Of a stretch of DNA of 64,000 nucleotides, positions 18,950 through 29,654 are shown one piece after another (positions within the stretch are counted from its first letter, which is position 1; each line of letters opens with the position of its first letter). The translations under genes were made by a program, and so were the position numbers. This DNA comes from an uncultured Alphaproteobacteria bacterium. GTDB taxonomy: Bacteria; Pseudomonadota; Alphaproteobacteria; Rhizobiales; Xanthobacteraceae. Location of the stretch: assembly GCA_963787675.1 (NCBI GenBank), contig CAWBDV010000019.1, positions 212,073-276,072 on the forward strand, written 5' to 3'. The notes below the pieces were generated by a model, which was not told the origin of the DNA, searched no databases, and was given only the letters and a program-made list of their open reading frames with translations.

Positions 18950-20047
18950 ATGATCGCCACCGACCGCAAAACCATCGCCGACCGCCAAAGCACCTTCTCG
19001 GGCACCAAGGACGTTACGCAGCTTCTCCAATTTGATGCGGAGCGGCTCGAAGCTTGGCTCTCGAGCCAAGTCGACGGATTCCGCGGGCCGCTCACGGTGA
19101 AGCAATTCAAGGGCGGGCAATCAAACCCGACCTATCTCCTGGAGACTCCGTCGCGGCGCTATGTGCTGCGGCGCAAGCCGCCGGGCAAACTCTTGCCGTC
19201 GGCGCATGCGGTCGAGCGCGAGTTCCGCGTGATCTCGGCGCTTCATCGCCAGAACTTTCCGGTGCCGGAACCGGTGATCCTCTGCGAGGACGAAGCAGTG
19301 GTTGGCACGACGTTCTTCGTCATGGGCTATGTTGAAGGGCGCATCTTTTGGGACCCGCATCTCCCAAGCTCCAATCCGGCCGAACGGGCGGCGCTCTACG
19401 ATGCGGCCAATGCGACCATCGCGCGCCTTCATACTTTTGACCCCGCGGTGATCGGCCTTGCCGATTACGGGCGCGGCGAAAATTACGTGGCGCGCCAGGT
19501 CGAGCGGTGGTCGAAGCAGTATCGTGCATCGGAGACCGAGACGATTGAGGACATGGAGCGCCTGATCGCCTGGCTCCCGCAGCATCTGCCGCCACCGGGG
19601 CCGGTGCGGCTCGTGCACGGCGACTTCCGGCTCGACAACATGGTCATTGCATCCGACGCTCCCCGCGTCATCGCCGTGCTCGACTGGGAGCTCTCGACGC
19701 TCGGCGATCCGTTGGCCGACTTCTCCTATCACCTGATGAAATGGCACATGCCGCCGTCGGATGCCGGCACCGGCTCCCTCGTCGGTTTCGATATTGCCGC
19801 GCTCGGCATCCCATCGATGATGGCCTACGCGGGCGCCTATGTGGCCCGGACGGGTCTCGACCCTCGCCCCCATCTTCCGACTTACCTTGCCTATAATTTC
19901 TTCCGCCTCGCCGCGATCCTCCAAGGCATTGCCGGCCGCGTGCGCGACGGCACGGCGACGAGCGAGCACGCTGCCGCCAAGGCCCAGCAGGTGCGGCCGC
20001 TCGCCGCGACCGCATGGAAGTTCGCCCGCGAGGCGGGCGCGGCGTGA
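18950..20047 (+). CDS. Phosphotransferase (APH/ACAD10-N-terminal-like kinase) family protein
   Basis: KQFKGGQSNPTYLL, RRKPPGKLLPSAHAVEREF, HGDFRLDN and DWELST kinase motifs. Confidence 0.85.
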   Translation: MIATDRKTIADRQSTFSGTKDVTQLLQFDAERLEAWLSSQVDGFRGPLTVKQFKGGQSNPTYLLETPSRRYVLRRKPPGKLLPSAHAVEREFRVISALHRQNFPVPEPVILCEDEAVVGTTFFVMGYVEGRIFWDPHLPSSNPAERAALYDAANATIARLHTFDPAVIGLADYGRGENYVARQVERWSKQYRASETETIEDMERLIAWLPQHLPPPGPVRLVHGDFRLDNMVIASDAPRVIAVLDWELSTLGDPLADFSYHLMKWHMPPSDAGTGSLVGFDIAALGIPSMMAYAGAYVARTGLDPRPHLPTYLAYNFFRLAAILQGIAGRVRDGTATSEHAAAKAQQVRPLAATAWKFAREAGAA

Positions 20048-20865
20048 AGAGCTTCGCGCTCGCGCTTGGCGCCGGCGGCGCGCGCGGGCTCGCTCATATC
20101 GCGGTATTCGAGGCGCTCGACGAACTCGGCGTGCGGCCGGTGGCAATCGCCGGGTCTTCGATCGGCGCGCTCGCCGGTGCGGTCTATGCGGCCGGCATGA
20201 CCGGGAAGGAAGTCCGCCGCTACGTCATCGATCTCGCGCACAACACTTCAGAGGTGTGGCGGCGATTGATGATGGCGCGTACCGGCCACATCGGCGATCT
20301 GTTCAGCGGCAATCTGTCAGCCATGCGCCTCGATGCCGAAAAGCTCACCGAAGCATTCCTGCCCGAGACGGTGCCCAACACCTTCGAAGCCCTCGCCATT
20401 CCGCTGACGATCGTCGCCTCGGACCTCCATCGCCGCCATGAAGTCGTCTTCACGGAAGGTCCGCTGCGACCGGCCCTTGCTGCCTCGATCGCGCTGCCGA
20501 TGATGATGCGGCCGGTCGTGGCCGGTGAGCGCGTGCTGATCGATGGAGGCGCCACCAATCCGCTGCCGTTCGACCTGCTGCGCGGCTGCGCCGACGTCGT
20601 GATGGCGGTCGACGTGGCGGGCCCGCCGGAGGATCACCGGACCAACGTGCCCAATGCGATCGAGGCGATCTATGCCACTGTGGTGGTGATGACGAGCGCG
20701 ATCATCAACGAGAAGCTCAAGCACGAGGTGCCCGACCTGCTGGTGCAGCCCCATGTCGGCACGTTCCGCACCCTCGATTTCATGCAGGCGAGTGCGATCC
20801 TGCGCGTCGCGGAGGCCATGAAGCCCCAGATCAAGGCAGACCTTATGGCCCTGCTTGGGAGGTAA
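20044..20865 (+). CDS. Patatin-like phospholipase
   Basis: GTGA start/stop overlap with the upstream gene. GAGGARG oxyanion motif, GSSIG nucleophile elbow, and a DGG motif. Confidence 0.85.
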   Translation: MKSFALALGAGGARGLAHIAVFEALDELGVRPVAIAGSSIGALAGAVYAAGMTGKEVRRYVIDLAHNTSEVWRRLMMARTGHIGDLFSGNLSAMRLDAEKLTEAFLPETVPNTFEALAIPLTIVASDLHRRHEVVFTEGPLRPALAASIALPMMMRPVVAGERVLIDGGATNPLPFDLLRGCADVVMAVDVAGPPEDHRTNVPNAIEAIYATVVVMTSAIINEKLKHEVPDLLVQPHVGTFRTLDFMQASAILRVAEAMKPQIKADLMALLGR

Positions 20866-20892
20866 TGCCAGGAGCCCTGCCCGACCCAATCG

Positions 20893-21333
20893 TCACCGGC
20901 GTTGGGCGAAAAAGTCGCGCAGCAGCGCGGACGCCTCCTGCTCCGCAATCCCTCCATAGACCTCGGGGCTATGGTGGCAGCTGTCCGACATGAAGAACCG
21001 GATGCCGCTTTCGACCGCGCCACCCTTCGGATCGGCCGCCCCGTAGTAAAGCCGCCGCGGGCGGGCGAACGACACCGCGCCCGCGCACATTGCGCAGGGC
21101 TCAAGCGTGACATAGATGTCGCACTCGGTCAGGCGCTCAGTGCCGAGCGCACGAGCTGCGGCGCGGATCGCCAGGATTTCCGCGTGAGCGGTTGGGTCAT
21201 GATCGCGAATGGTGCGGTTGTGCGCGGTTGCCACGACCACGCCATCGCGCACGATCACGCAGCCGACCGGCACCTCGCCTGCGGCGGCGGCTGCCCGCGC
21301 TTCGGCGATCGCCATTTCCATGAAGGATGCCAC
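20893..21333 (-). CDS. tadA: tRNA-specific adenosine deaminase
   Basis: HAEILAIR and TLEPCAMCAGA zinc-deaminase motifs; 146 aa. Confidence 0.9.
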   Translation of the reverse strand: MASFMEMAIAEARAAAAAGEVPVGCVIVRDGVVVATAHNRTIRDHDPTAHAEILAIRAAARALGTERLTECDIYVTLEPCAMCAGAVSFARPRRLYYGAADPKGGAVESGIRFFMSDSCHHSPEVYGGIAEQEASALLRDFFAQRR

Positions 21334-21406
21334 ACTCGTTCCCGACGACGATCTTTGCTATCAGCCACCTCGTTATCGGCGAACTCGGCCAAGGTCCGCA
21401 ATATCG

Positions 21407-22630
21407 ATGCCCCGCAAGCATGAATCATCTCCCCGTCGGGACGAGGGCGAGCGCATTGCCAAGGTGATGGCGCGGGCCGGGCTGTGTTCGCGCCGAGATG
21501 CCGAGGAATGGATCGCGGCGGGGCGCGTCGCGGTCAATGGCGGGACGATCCGCTCACCGGCCGTCAACGTCGGTGCGCGCGATCGCGTCACCGTTGACGG
21601 CAAGCCTCTGCCGCAGCGCGAGCGCACGCGGCTTTTTCGCTATTACAAACCTGTCGGTCTCGTCAGCACCAACGCCGATCCGCAGGGCCGTCCAACTCTC
21701 TTCGACAACTTCCCGGCGGGCTTGCCGCGCCTCGTCAGCGTCGGGCGGCTCGACATTGGAACGGAGGGCCTGCTCCTGTTGACGAACGACGGCGGGCTTG
21801 CCCGCGTCTTGGAGCTGCCGAAGACCCAATGGGTGCGACGCTATCGCGTGCGCGCGCATGGCCGCGTCACGCAGGCCGACCTCGACAAGCTCGCCGACGG
21901 CATCACTGTTGATGGCGTTCACTACGGACCGATCACTGCGACGCTCGAACGCGAACAAGGATCGAATCTGTGGCTGAGCTTCGAGATCACCGAAGGCAAG
22001 AACCGTGAGGTCCGCAATGTGCTCGGTCACCTCGGCCTGCAGGTCAACCGGCTGATCCGGGTCGCCTTTGGCCCGTTCGCGCTCGACGAGATGGCCGATG
22101 GCGCGATCGAGGAAGTGGAGACGAAGACGCTGCGCGCCATGCTCGGCGCTGAGATCATTGCGGCGGCGGGCTGCGATTTCTCTGGACCTGCAACGTCACA
22201 TCAGCACGAGGCGGTACGCGAACCGGACCGTCGCACGCGCGGTGCGGGCGGGTTCGCCAAGGAATCTCGACACTCGCGCAAGCCGCGTGGCGGTCGCGAC
22301 GATCGTCCCGAAAAGCCAATGGGGCGCCCACGGCGCGGCCATGCCTGGCGCGAGGATGATGCACCGCTCAAGCGCACCTATCGCGGCTCACGTCGCGACG
22401 ATCTCAAGGTCCGCGATGCGGACCCCGCGAAGCGACGCGCCGGCCTCCTGACCGACCGCAAGGGGCGCCGCGTTTTGGTGGAGCGATTCGGCGCCGGCGA
22501 ACCGACCAAGGACGCCCATACCGCAGAATCCGTGCCGCGAAAGGCCGCGCGTGCACCGCGCCGGCCGGCGCGCGACCGTTCCAGCGGGCCACGGCCGTCA
22601 CGGCCGAAACCGCCGGAGCGGAAGCGCTGA
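21407..22630 (+). CDS. rluB: 23S rRNA pseudouridine synthase (RsuA/RluB family) with Arg-rich C-terminal tail
   Basis: S4 domain (RIAKVMARAGLCSRRDAEEWI). Catalytic GRLDIGTEGLLLLTNDG. ATG at 21407 in ORF 21209..22630. Confidence 0.88.
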   Translation: MPRKHESSPRRDEGERIAKVMARAGLCSRRDAEEWIAAGRVAVNGGTIRSPAVNVGARDRVTVDGKPLPQRERTRLFRYYKPVGLVSTNADPQGRPTLFDNFPAGLPRLVSVGRLDIGTEGLLLLTNDGGLARVLELPKTQWVRRYRVRAHGRVTQADLDKLADGITVDGVHYGPITATLEREQGSNLWLSFEITEGKNREVRNVLGHLGLQVNRLIRVAFGPFALDEMADGAIEEVETKTLRAMLGAEIIAAAGCDFSGPATSHQHEAVREPDRRTRGAGGFAKESRHSRKPRGGRDDRPEKPMGRPRRGHAWREDDAPLKRTYRGSRRDDLKVRDADPAKRRAGLLTDRKGRRVLVERFGAGEPTKDAHTAESVPRKAARAPRRPARDRSSGPRPSRPKPPERKR

Positions 22631-23185
22631 ATGCGCATCATCGGCGGGCGCTTCCGCGGGCGCAAACTCGCAGCGCCGCAGTCGCAGATAGTACGCCCGA
22701 CCAGCGATCGGTTGCGCGAATCGATCTTCAACATTCTGGCGCACGGCCAGGGCGATCCCGTAAGCGGCGTCAGGGTCATCGATCTGTTCGCCGGTACCGG
22801 AGCACTCGGGCTTGAGGCAATGTCGCGCGGGGCGGCGTTTGCCCTCTTTATCGATGACGGCGCTGAGGCGCGCGCGCTCATGCGCCAGAACGTCGAAGCG
22901 CTCGGGCTCGGCGGCACCACCCGCATCTTTCGCCGGGACGCGACGCGGCTCGGCCCGGTCCACCCGTTGGCGCCGTTTTCACTCGCGTTCATTGATCCGC
23001 CCTATCGGCGCGGGCTCGCGGAAAAATCGCTTGTGGCGCTGCGCGACGGCGGATGGCTCGAGCCGGGTGCGATCGTTGTCGTCGAGGAAGCCGCGGATGC
23101 GGAATTCGCGCCGCCGCACGGATTCCTGGAGATCGAGCGCCGCCGCTACGACGACACCCAGCTTGTGCTGTTGCGCCAGCCCTAG
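22631..23185 (+). CDS. rsmD: 16S rRNA (guanine966-N2)-methyltransferase
   Basis: MRIIGGRFRGRKL..RPTSDRLRESIFN, DLFAGTGALGLEA, FIDPPY. Confidence 0.88.
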   Translation: MRIIGGRFRGRKLAAPQSQIVRPTSDRLRESIFNILAHGQGDPVSGVRVIDLFAGTGALGLEAMSRGAAFALFIDDGAEARALMRQNVEALGLGGTTRIFRRDATRLGPVHPLAPFSLAFIDPPYRRGLAEKSLVALRDGGWLEPGAIVVVEEAADAEFAPPHGFLEIERRRYDDTQLVLLRQP

Positions 23186-23196
23186 CGCAAAAACGC

Positions 23197-23226
23197 GAAA
23201 CCCCAGGCCTCGCGGCCCGGGGTTTC
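23197..23226. terminator. Bidirectional hairpin between convergent rsmD and OMP genes
   Basis: gaaacccc...ggggtttc stem with an inner GC-rich stem. Lies between stop codons at 23185 (+) and 23246 (-). Confidence 0.5.
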
Positions 23227-23245
23227 GGTGCAATCGACTGACCGA

Positions 23246-23917
23246 TCAGAAGCGGTAGTTGATACCACCGCGAACGATGTTCTCGGTCAGGCTGACGTTG
23301 TTGCCGCCCGGCAGTCCGCAAGCGACCGAGCAGCTGACATTACCGAGGTCGACATAGAGATACTCGACCTTCGCGGTCCAGTTGGCGACGAGCGCGAATT
23401 CAACGCCGGCGCCGACTGTCCAACCAGCATTGGTCTGATCGACTCCACCATTGATGGCGTTCGGGGTGCGAATGTTGCCCATCGCAAGACCGCCGGTGAA
23501 GTACGGCAGCACGCGGTCAAACGCATAGCCGACACGACCCCGCACGGTGGACAACCAATCGGTCCGCGTCTGGCAGAGGTTGGCAGCGCAGAGGCCGGAA
23601 TTGCCTTTGATGTCCGCCCAGTCGATGTCGCCTTCGAGGCCCCATACGAACTGCCCGAACTGCCAGTTGTAACCGAGCTGGCCACCGACGAGGCCGCCGG
23701 TGGTATTGAAGCTCGTCGGCAGACCGTCCCAATTAGACGTGCCCCAGGCCCCGCCGCCGTTGATACCGATATAGAGTCCGGTCCAGTTGTACAGCGGGAC
23801 AAATGCTGGGGCTCTGTATGGCAGCGGCGGCGGCCGCGCCAAATCTGCCGCCTGGGCGGCGCCGATCGATCCGGCCAGGGCCATCAGCCCGGCCAACGCC
23901 AACAGATAACGCTTCAT
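23246..23917 (-). CDS. Outer-membrane beta-barrel protein (Omp25/RopB-like)
   Basis: ATG at 23917 (GGAGGAGG upstream). Signal peptide ..AQAAD. NWTGLYIGINGG; C-terminal GGINYRF. Confidence 0.85.
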   Translation of the reverse strand: MKRYLLALAGLMALAGSIGAAQAADLARPPPLPYRAPAFVPLYNWTGLYIGINGGGAWGTSNWDGLPTSFNTTGGLVGGQLGYNWQFGQFVWGLEGDIDWADIKGNSGLCAANLCQTRTDWLSTVRGRVGYAFDRVLPYFTGGLAMGNIRTPNAINGGVDQTNAGWTVGAGVEFALVANWTAKVEYLYVDLGNVSCSVACGLPGGNNVSLTENIVRGGINYRF

Positions 23918-24254
23918 TAGGTCCTCCTCCAGTCTCACCATGCGGCGCAAATTATGCGCTTAACGATTTATGTCTAGTGCAGAAGAGCAACACCAGCGCA
24001 CATTAGTATTGATGGTATACAAAGGTTTTATCTCAATATTTCCCGATCAGCGACACAATCGCGCCGCTTTCGCATCCGGCCGAAGCTATTGCGATTGCGC
24101 AGAAATACAGTGGATGATGATTTTACGGTCTGTTTACACAATGGAACAATATCCATTGCATAAACAATATTCGGCGAATTCACACCCACATTCCCCACGG
24201 GCACCCCTCAAACTGTGGGGAATGAGGGTGGTTCCTTGCCGCGTCGGCCTCGGG

Positions 24255-24875
24255 TCAGAACCGATAGTTCACGCCGAACCGTCCCAGATTCGATCTCAGC
24301 CCGTTGCTCGTTCCCGTGAGGAAGTAACTTTCGTCGGCGAGATCGATGTAGAGGTATTCCGCTCTTACCGACCAATTCTGCGTGAGGCCCACTTCGAGCC
24401 CGACCCCCGTCGCCCAGCCTGGGTGAAAGTTGTCCTCGCCAAAGCCGTTCGACACCACATGACCGCGCCCGTAGGCCAGACCGAGGGTGCCGTAAAACAG
24501 GATGTTGTTCAGAGCGATGCCGCCGCGGCCGCGAACGGTACCGAACCAGGGATTGGAGAACTTGTAGTTATTGAAGGTGTCGCTGTTGGACGAGAATTGC
24601 AGGTCAGTCTCGACGCCGGCCACGAACTGACCGTACTGCCAGTTGTAGCCGCCCTGAAAGCCGCCGGTCGCACCGGACGGGCGCGCTCCGCTGTTGGTGA
24701 GGTCGCCCCATTGATAGCCGAAGTTGCCCCCGAGGTAGGCGCCGGACCAGTTGTACCCGTAAGCGGGATACGCCGGATACGCAGGCGGCGGCGCCCGATA
24801 GTAGTCGGCCGCGCCGGCAGCGCCTATCGAGAGGGCCCAGACTGCCGCAGTCGCCGACAACAAGCGTTTACGCAT
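24255..24875 (-). CDS. Outer-membrane beta-barrel protein (Omp25/RopB-like), paralog
   Basis: Signal peptide ..AGAAD. NWSGAYLGGNFGY; C-terminal FGVNYRF. Confidence 0.85.
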   Translation of the reverse strand: MRKRLLSATAAVWALSIGAAGAADYYRAPPPAYPAYPAYGYNWSGAYLGGNFGYQWGDLTNSGARPSGATGGFQGGYNWQYGQFVAGVETDLQFSSNSDTFNNYKFSNPWFGTVRGRGGIALNNILFYGTLGLAYGRGHVVSNGFGEDNFHPGWATGVGLEVGLTQNWSVRAEYLYIDLADESYFLTGTSNGLRSNLGRFGVNYRF

Positions 24876-25091
24876 TGTTTCACCCGCACCCCAGGAACAT
24901 GGTTGATGGTTATCTCAATGCTGAGGTTAAGCAGTTCTCAACGACTTCGGTCGGGCTGAATTAACGATAAGCGTCCGTAAACGGGCCCACCAATACTTAA
25001 CGCGGCGTTGCCTATACTTTCCGATAACGCACCCGCTCACCGGGGCAGTGCCGGGGTTGCCGATCACCATCGCCTGGGCGAATAGATTGAA

Positions 25092-25889
25092 ATGCCCGCC
25101 GACTTCGCCGCTGAAACGTCGCCGCCTTCCGCTCCGTCCTCCACGCGGCCTGCCGCTTTGGTCACCGGTGGCGCTCAGCGCATCGGCCGCGCCATCGTCC
25201 TCACGCTGGCCCGCGCGGGCTATGCCGTCGCAATTCATGCCAATCACTCCAGAGGAGCGGCAGAGACGCTTCGCGACCACATCGTGCAGGCCGGCGGCCG
25301 CGCCGAGGTGGTGCTCGGCGACCTTGCCGACTCAGACGCCGTGCTTCGTCTGGTGCCTGCCGCTGTCGCCGCAGTCGGCGCGCTGACCCTGCTGGTCAAC
25401 AACGCGAGCACTTTCGAGTCTGATGAAATCGGGCAACTTGACCCCGTGCGGTTCGATCGCCATTTCGCAGTCAACCTGCGCGCGCCCATCTTCCTCGCGG
25501 AGTCCTTTGCGAAACAGGCGCTCGTGGGTGGATCGATCGTCAATCTGCTCGATCAGCGCGTGTTGCGGCCAAACCCGCGTTTTCTATCCTACGGGGTCGC
25601 CAAGAGCGGATTACACGCTGCCACGATTATGCTCGCCCAGGCGCTGGCGCCTCGCCTGCGGGTGAACGCGGTAGCACCGGGCCCGACGCTGCCGAATCCG
25701 CGCCAGGATGCCGAAGCATTCGCCCGCTACTGCCGGGCAATGCCGCTTGGCCATGGCCCCACTCCGGAGGAGATCGCGGACGCCGTGCTGTTCCTCGCGC
25801 GGGCAACCAGCATCACCGGGGCGACCATCCCGGTCGATGGCGGCCAGCACCTTGCCTGGCGGGACGCGAGCGGGGACACTGACGAATAG
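25092..25889 (+). CDS. Short-chain dehydrogenase/reductase (pteridine-reductase-like SDR)
   Basis: TGGAQRIGRAI Rossmann motif, NNAS, and YxxxK region (YGVAKSGL). Confidence 0.85.
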   Translation: MPADFAAETSPPSAPSSTRPAALVTGGAQRIGRAIVLTLARAGYAVAIHANHSRGAAETLRDHIVQAGGRAEVVLGDLADSDAVLRLVPAAVAAVGALTLLVNNASTFESDEIGQLDPVRFDRHFAVNLRAPIFLAESFAKQALVGGSIVNLLDQRVLRPNPRFLSYGVAKSGLHAATIMLAQALAPRLRVNAVAPGPTLPNPRQDAEAFARYCRAMPLGHGPTPEEIADAVLFLARATSITGATIPVDGGQHLAWRDASGDTDE

Positions 25890-25933
25890 CGGGCGCGGCG
25901 AACACCACATAACCAAGATGCCGAGCGCCGCGA

Positions 25934-28103
25934 TTGATGCCCATGGAAAAGAAAAACATCGATCCTGAAATCGATCCCAAGGACGAGGATGAGGACACTT
26001 CCCTCCCCGACCTTCCCGACGAATCCGCGATCGACCTTGAAGTCGCCGCCGACGCCGCGCCTGGCCGCGATGTCGTTGCGGAATTTGCCCGGCATGCGCC
26101 GCTAGCCCCTGGCGTCTATCGCATGATCGGCACCGGCGGCGAGGTGCTCTACGTCGGCAAGGCCAAGAGCATCAAGAAACGCATCCTCTCCTACGCGAGA
26201 GGCGCCGGTCTCGAGACCCGCATCGCACGCATGGTGGCGGCCACGACCTCGATCGAGTTCGTGACCACGGCGACCGAGACCGAGGCGCTGCTGCTCGAAG
26301 CCAATATGATCAAGCGGCTGCGCCCGCGCTTCAACGTGCTGCTGCGCGACGACAAGTCGTTTCCGTACATCTTGATCACACGCGGCGACAAGGCGGCGCA
26401 GATTTGCAAGCATCGCGGCGCGCGCAATCGTGACGGCGATTATTACGGGCCGTTCGCAGCCGTGAATGCCGTCAACCGCACCATTACGGCGCTGGAGCGC
26501 GCGTTTCTGATCCGATCCTGTTCCGACACCGTGTTCGAGAGCCGGACGCGCCCGTGCCTGCTCTTCCAGATCAAGCGTTGCTCCGGGCCGTGCACGGGGG
26601 AAATCGCGCGCGCCGACTATGACGAACTCGTGCGCGAGGCGAAAGCCTTCTTGTCCGGCAAGAGTCGCGCGGTGAAGGAGGAGCTTGCGCGCGAGATGGA
26701 CGAGGCCGCCGAGGCGCTTGATTTCGAGCGCGCCGCGGCCTTGCGCGATCGCCTCGCGGCGTTCTCGGCGGTGCAGGCACGCCAAGGCATCAACCCGCGC
26801 GGCGTCGAGGAAGCGGACGTGTTCGCCATCCACCAGGACGGCGGATTCAACTGCATCGAGGTGTTCTTCTTCCGCACCGGCCAGAACTGGGGCAACCGTG
26901 CCTATTTCCCGCGTGCCGACCGCGCGCTCGGGCCAGGCGAGGTGCTCGGCGCGTTTCTCGCCCAGTTCTATGACGACAAGCCTTGCCCGCGCCTCATCCT
27001 GTTGAGCCACGACATCGAAGAGCGCGCGCTTCTCTCCGAGGCGCTATCGATCAAAAGCGGCCGCAAGGTCGAGATTTCGGTGCCGGTGCGCGGCGAGAAG
27101 CGCGACCTCGTCGAGCATGCGCTTGCGAATGCCCGCGAGGCACTGGGCCGCAAGCTCGCCGAAGCCGCCTCTCAGCAGCGGCTCCTCGCGGCGCTCGCGA
27201 CCAGCTTCTCGCTGCCCCATCCGCCGCGACGGATCGAGGTCTACGACAACAGCCACATCCAGGGCACCAACGCCGTCGGCGCCATGATCGTCGCCGGTCC
27301 CGAAGGTCTGCGGAAGAACCAATATCGCAAGTTCAACATTCGGTCGGAGACGCTCACGCCCGGCGATGACTTCGGCATGATGCGCGAAGTGCTCACCCGC
27401 CGCTTCAAGCGCCTCATCAACGAGGCGCCCCGACCTAGTATGCAGACCCAACGGCTTGAGCAGGGCGCGGAGGCGTCGGCAATTGACACGCCTCCCGCTT
27501 CTCCCTTCCCCCTCGCGGGGGAGGGTCGGGGTGAGGGGGCGGGAAGCAATGTCACCGATGAGCCACATCACCCTACGCCCAGTTCCAACAGTTCCCCACA
27601 AGGGGGCGGGGAGCAGGCGGCCGCGCCTGCAGACGATGAAGGCTCACCCTGGCCTGACCTTGTGCTGATCGATGGCGGAGAGGGCCAACTCAATGCCGCG
27701 CGCGAAACCTTAGGCGACCTCGGCATCACCGACGTACCCCTTATCGGCATCGCCAAAGGCCCGGACCGCGACGCCGGCCGGGAGACGTTCCACATGCCGG
27801 GCCGGACGCCGTTTCGCCTCGCGCCTCGCGACCCGGTGCTCTATTTCGTCCAGCGCCTCCGCGACGAGGCCCACCGGTTTGCCATCGGCTCCCATCGCCA
27901 GCGCCGCAGCCGGGATATCCGCGAAGCCGGCCTGCAGGAAATCGCCGGCATCGGGCCGAACTCGTAAGCGTGCCCTGTTGCGCCATTTCGGTACGCTCAA
28001 AGCGATCGAGCGCGCCTCGATCGCCGATCTCAGCCAAGTTCCGGGCGTCAGCGCCGAGACCGCACGGCGCATCTACGACTTTTTTCACGAGGCACCCCGC
28101 TGA
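25934..28103 (+). pseudogene. uvrC: Excinuclease ABC subunit C. Reading frame is broken by one extra base at 27958..27963 (possible assembly error) and carries an in-frame repeat-derived insertion.
   Basis: GIY-YIG ([20 protein letters not shown]), UVR domain and endonuclease domain lie in ORF 25934..27967. The (HhH)2 tail KRALLRHFGTLKAIERASIADLSQVPGVS continues in ORF 27879..28103. Removing one A from ccgAActcg restores GIGPTRKRALL. Confidence 0.9.
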
Positions 28104-28260
28104 GATCAGCGGCGGCGGACGATTGGCACAGGTAGCCCCGTCCTGCCTTGGGTCCCGAAAATCGTCGATGGCAGGACAAGCTACGAAAGGAGCGGAGTAG
28201 CCAAATTTTAATCGTGCACGCCGGTGTCCCATTCGCCGGAAGATGCATTATGTTAGGGCA

Positions 28261-28894
28261 ATGGATGCTGTCACCAGTCACCCCCTTCCGGCGCGGCCGC
28301 TCGCGATACCGAACCTGCTGACGTACGCGCGGATCCTGGCTGTGCCGCTGGTGGTTGCCTGCATGTATTGGCAGTCGATTTTGTCGGGCGGCTTGTGGCT
28401 GCGCTGGGTCGCGCTCGCGATCTTCGTTGCCGCCGGCGTAACCGACATTCTCGACGGCTACCTTGCCCGAAGCCTCGGCCAGCAGTCGAGCTTCGGCCGC
28501 ATGCTCGATCCCATCGCCGACAAGCTCCTGGTGGCGTCGTGCCTTCTCATGCTTGCAGCCGATGAGACCATCCGGGGCTGGTCGCTGTGGGCCGCCATCG
28601 TGATCCTGTGCCGCGAGATCCTGGTGTCTGGTCTCCGCGAATACCTCGCCGAGCTGCGCGTCAGCGTTCCGGTGACCCGGCTTGCCAAATGGAAAACTAC
28701 GGTCCAGCTCGTTGCCATCGGATTCCTGCTCGCCGGCGATGCAGGTGACGAGGCGTTTCGGTCGTTCGTCGGCGGTGCGTCCGCCCCGGTGGTGAGTCTT
28801 GACGGGGCTGACGTTGCTGTGGATTTCAGCCATCGTGACGCTTTACACGGGCTACGACTACTTCCGTGCCGGCGTCCGCCACCTGATCGACTGA
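28261..28894 (+). pseudogene. pgsA: CDP-diacylglycerol--glycerol-3-phosphate 3-phosphatidyltransferase with an apparent 1-nt insertion near 28794..28805
   Basis: CDP-OH transferase motif DILDGYLARSLGQQSSFGRMLDPIADK. The conserved C-terminus GLTLLWISAIVTLYTGYDYFRAGVRHLID* is in the +1 frame and ends in a TGATG overlap with moaD. The start could also be 28243. Confidence 0.85.
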
Positions 28895-29151
28895 TGAGCG
28901 TAAAACTTCTGTATTTCGCCTGGGTGCGCGAGCGCATCGGCAAAGGCGAGGAGACCGTGGACCCGCCGGCCGGCGTCGTCACCATCGCCGATCTGGTGGC
29001 CTGGCTCGCCAGCCGCGGCGAAGAATATGCGTTTGCCTTCGAAAAGCCCAAGGTCATTCGCGCCGCGATCGACCGCGGTCACGTGAAACCCGAAGCGCCG
29101 ATCGCAGGCGCGCGCGAAATCGCGTTCTTCCCGCCGATGACCGGCGGATGA
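28894..29151 (+). CDS. moaD: Molybdopterin synthase sulfur-carrier subunit
   Basis: 85 aa, MSVKLLYFAWVRERIG..., C-terminal FFPPMTGG. Appears fused to pgsA in the ORF track only because of the pgsA frameshift. Confidence 0.88.
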   Translation: MSVKLLYFAWVRERIGKGEETVDPPAGVVTIADLVAWLASRGEEYAFAFEKPKVIRAAIDRGHVKPEAPIAGAREIAFFPPMTGG

Positions 29152-29639
29152 CGGCCATGACGATCCGACTGCAACGCGAAGACTTTGACGCCGCGGCGGA
29201 AGCCGCTGCACTCGCGCGCGGGCGGACCGATATCGGAGCCGTCGTTACCTTCACCGGCATTTGCCGTGGCACTGACGGCGGGCGCCCGCTCGCTGCGCTG
29301 ACCCTGGAACATTATCCCGGCATGGCGGAGGCCGAGATCGCGCGCCACGTGGAAGAGGCGCAGGCACGCTGGAAACTGATGGGCGTCACGGTGATCCACC
29401 GCCATGGGCGGCTCGTTCCCGGCGACAACATCGTGTTGGTGGTGACCGCGGCCTCCCATCGCGGCGATGCCTTCGCGGCCGCGGAATTCCTGATGGACTA
29501 CCTCAAGACTCGCGCGCCGTTCTGGAAGCTTGAGGAACACACGGACGGCACCAATTGGGTCGAGGCCAAGGCCACGGACGATTCCGCCGCGGCGCGCTGG
29601 ACGGACGCCGGCAAGCGCTCGACCGTCGGAAGCAATTGA
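29148..29639 (+). CDS. moaE: Molybdopterin synthase catalytic subunit
   Basis: ATGA overlap with moaD. GAVVTFTG..R, LEHYPGMAE and YLKTRAPFWK motifs. Confidence 0.9.
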   Translation: MTAMTIRLQREDFDAAAEAAALARGRTDIGAVVTFTGICRGTDGGRPLAALTLEHYPGMAEAEIARHVEEAQARWKLMGVTVIHRHGRLVPGDNIVLVVTAASHRGDAFAAAEFLMDYLKTRAPFWKLEEHTDGTNWVEAKATDDSAAARWTDAGKRSTVGSN

Positions 29640-29654
29640 GTTCGGGGCCGGGGG

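Noticed and set aside
28243-29151. Single 302-aa ORF that looks like a PgsA-MoaD fusion protein
   Set aside because: The middle section (..FRSFVGGASAPVVSLDGADVAVDFSHRDALHGLRLLPCRRPPPDRL) is out-of-frame read-through. The genuine PgsA C-terminus (GLTLLWISAIVTLYTGYDYFRAGVRHLID*) is in the +1 frame, and moaD has its own ATG at 28894.
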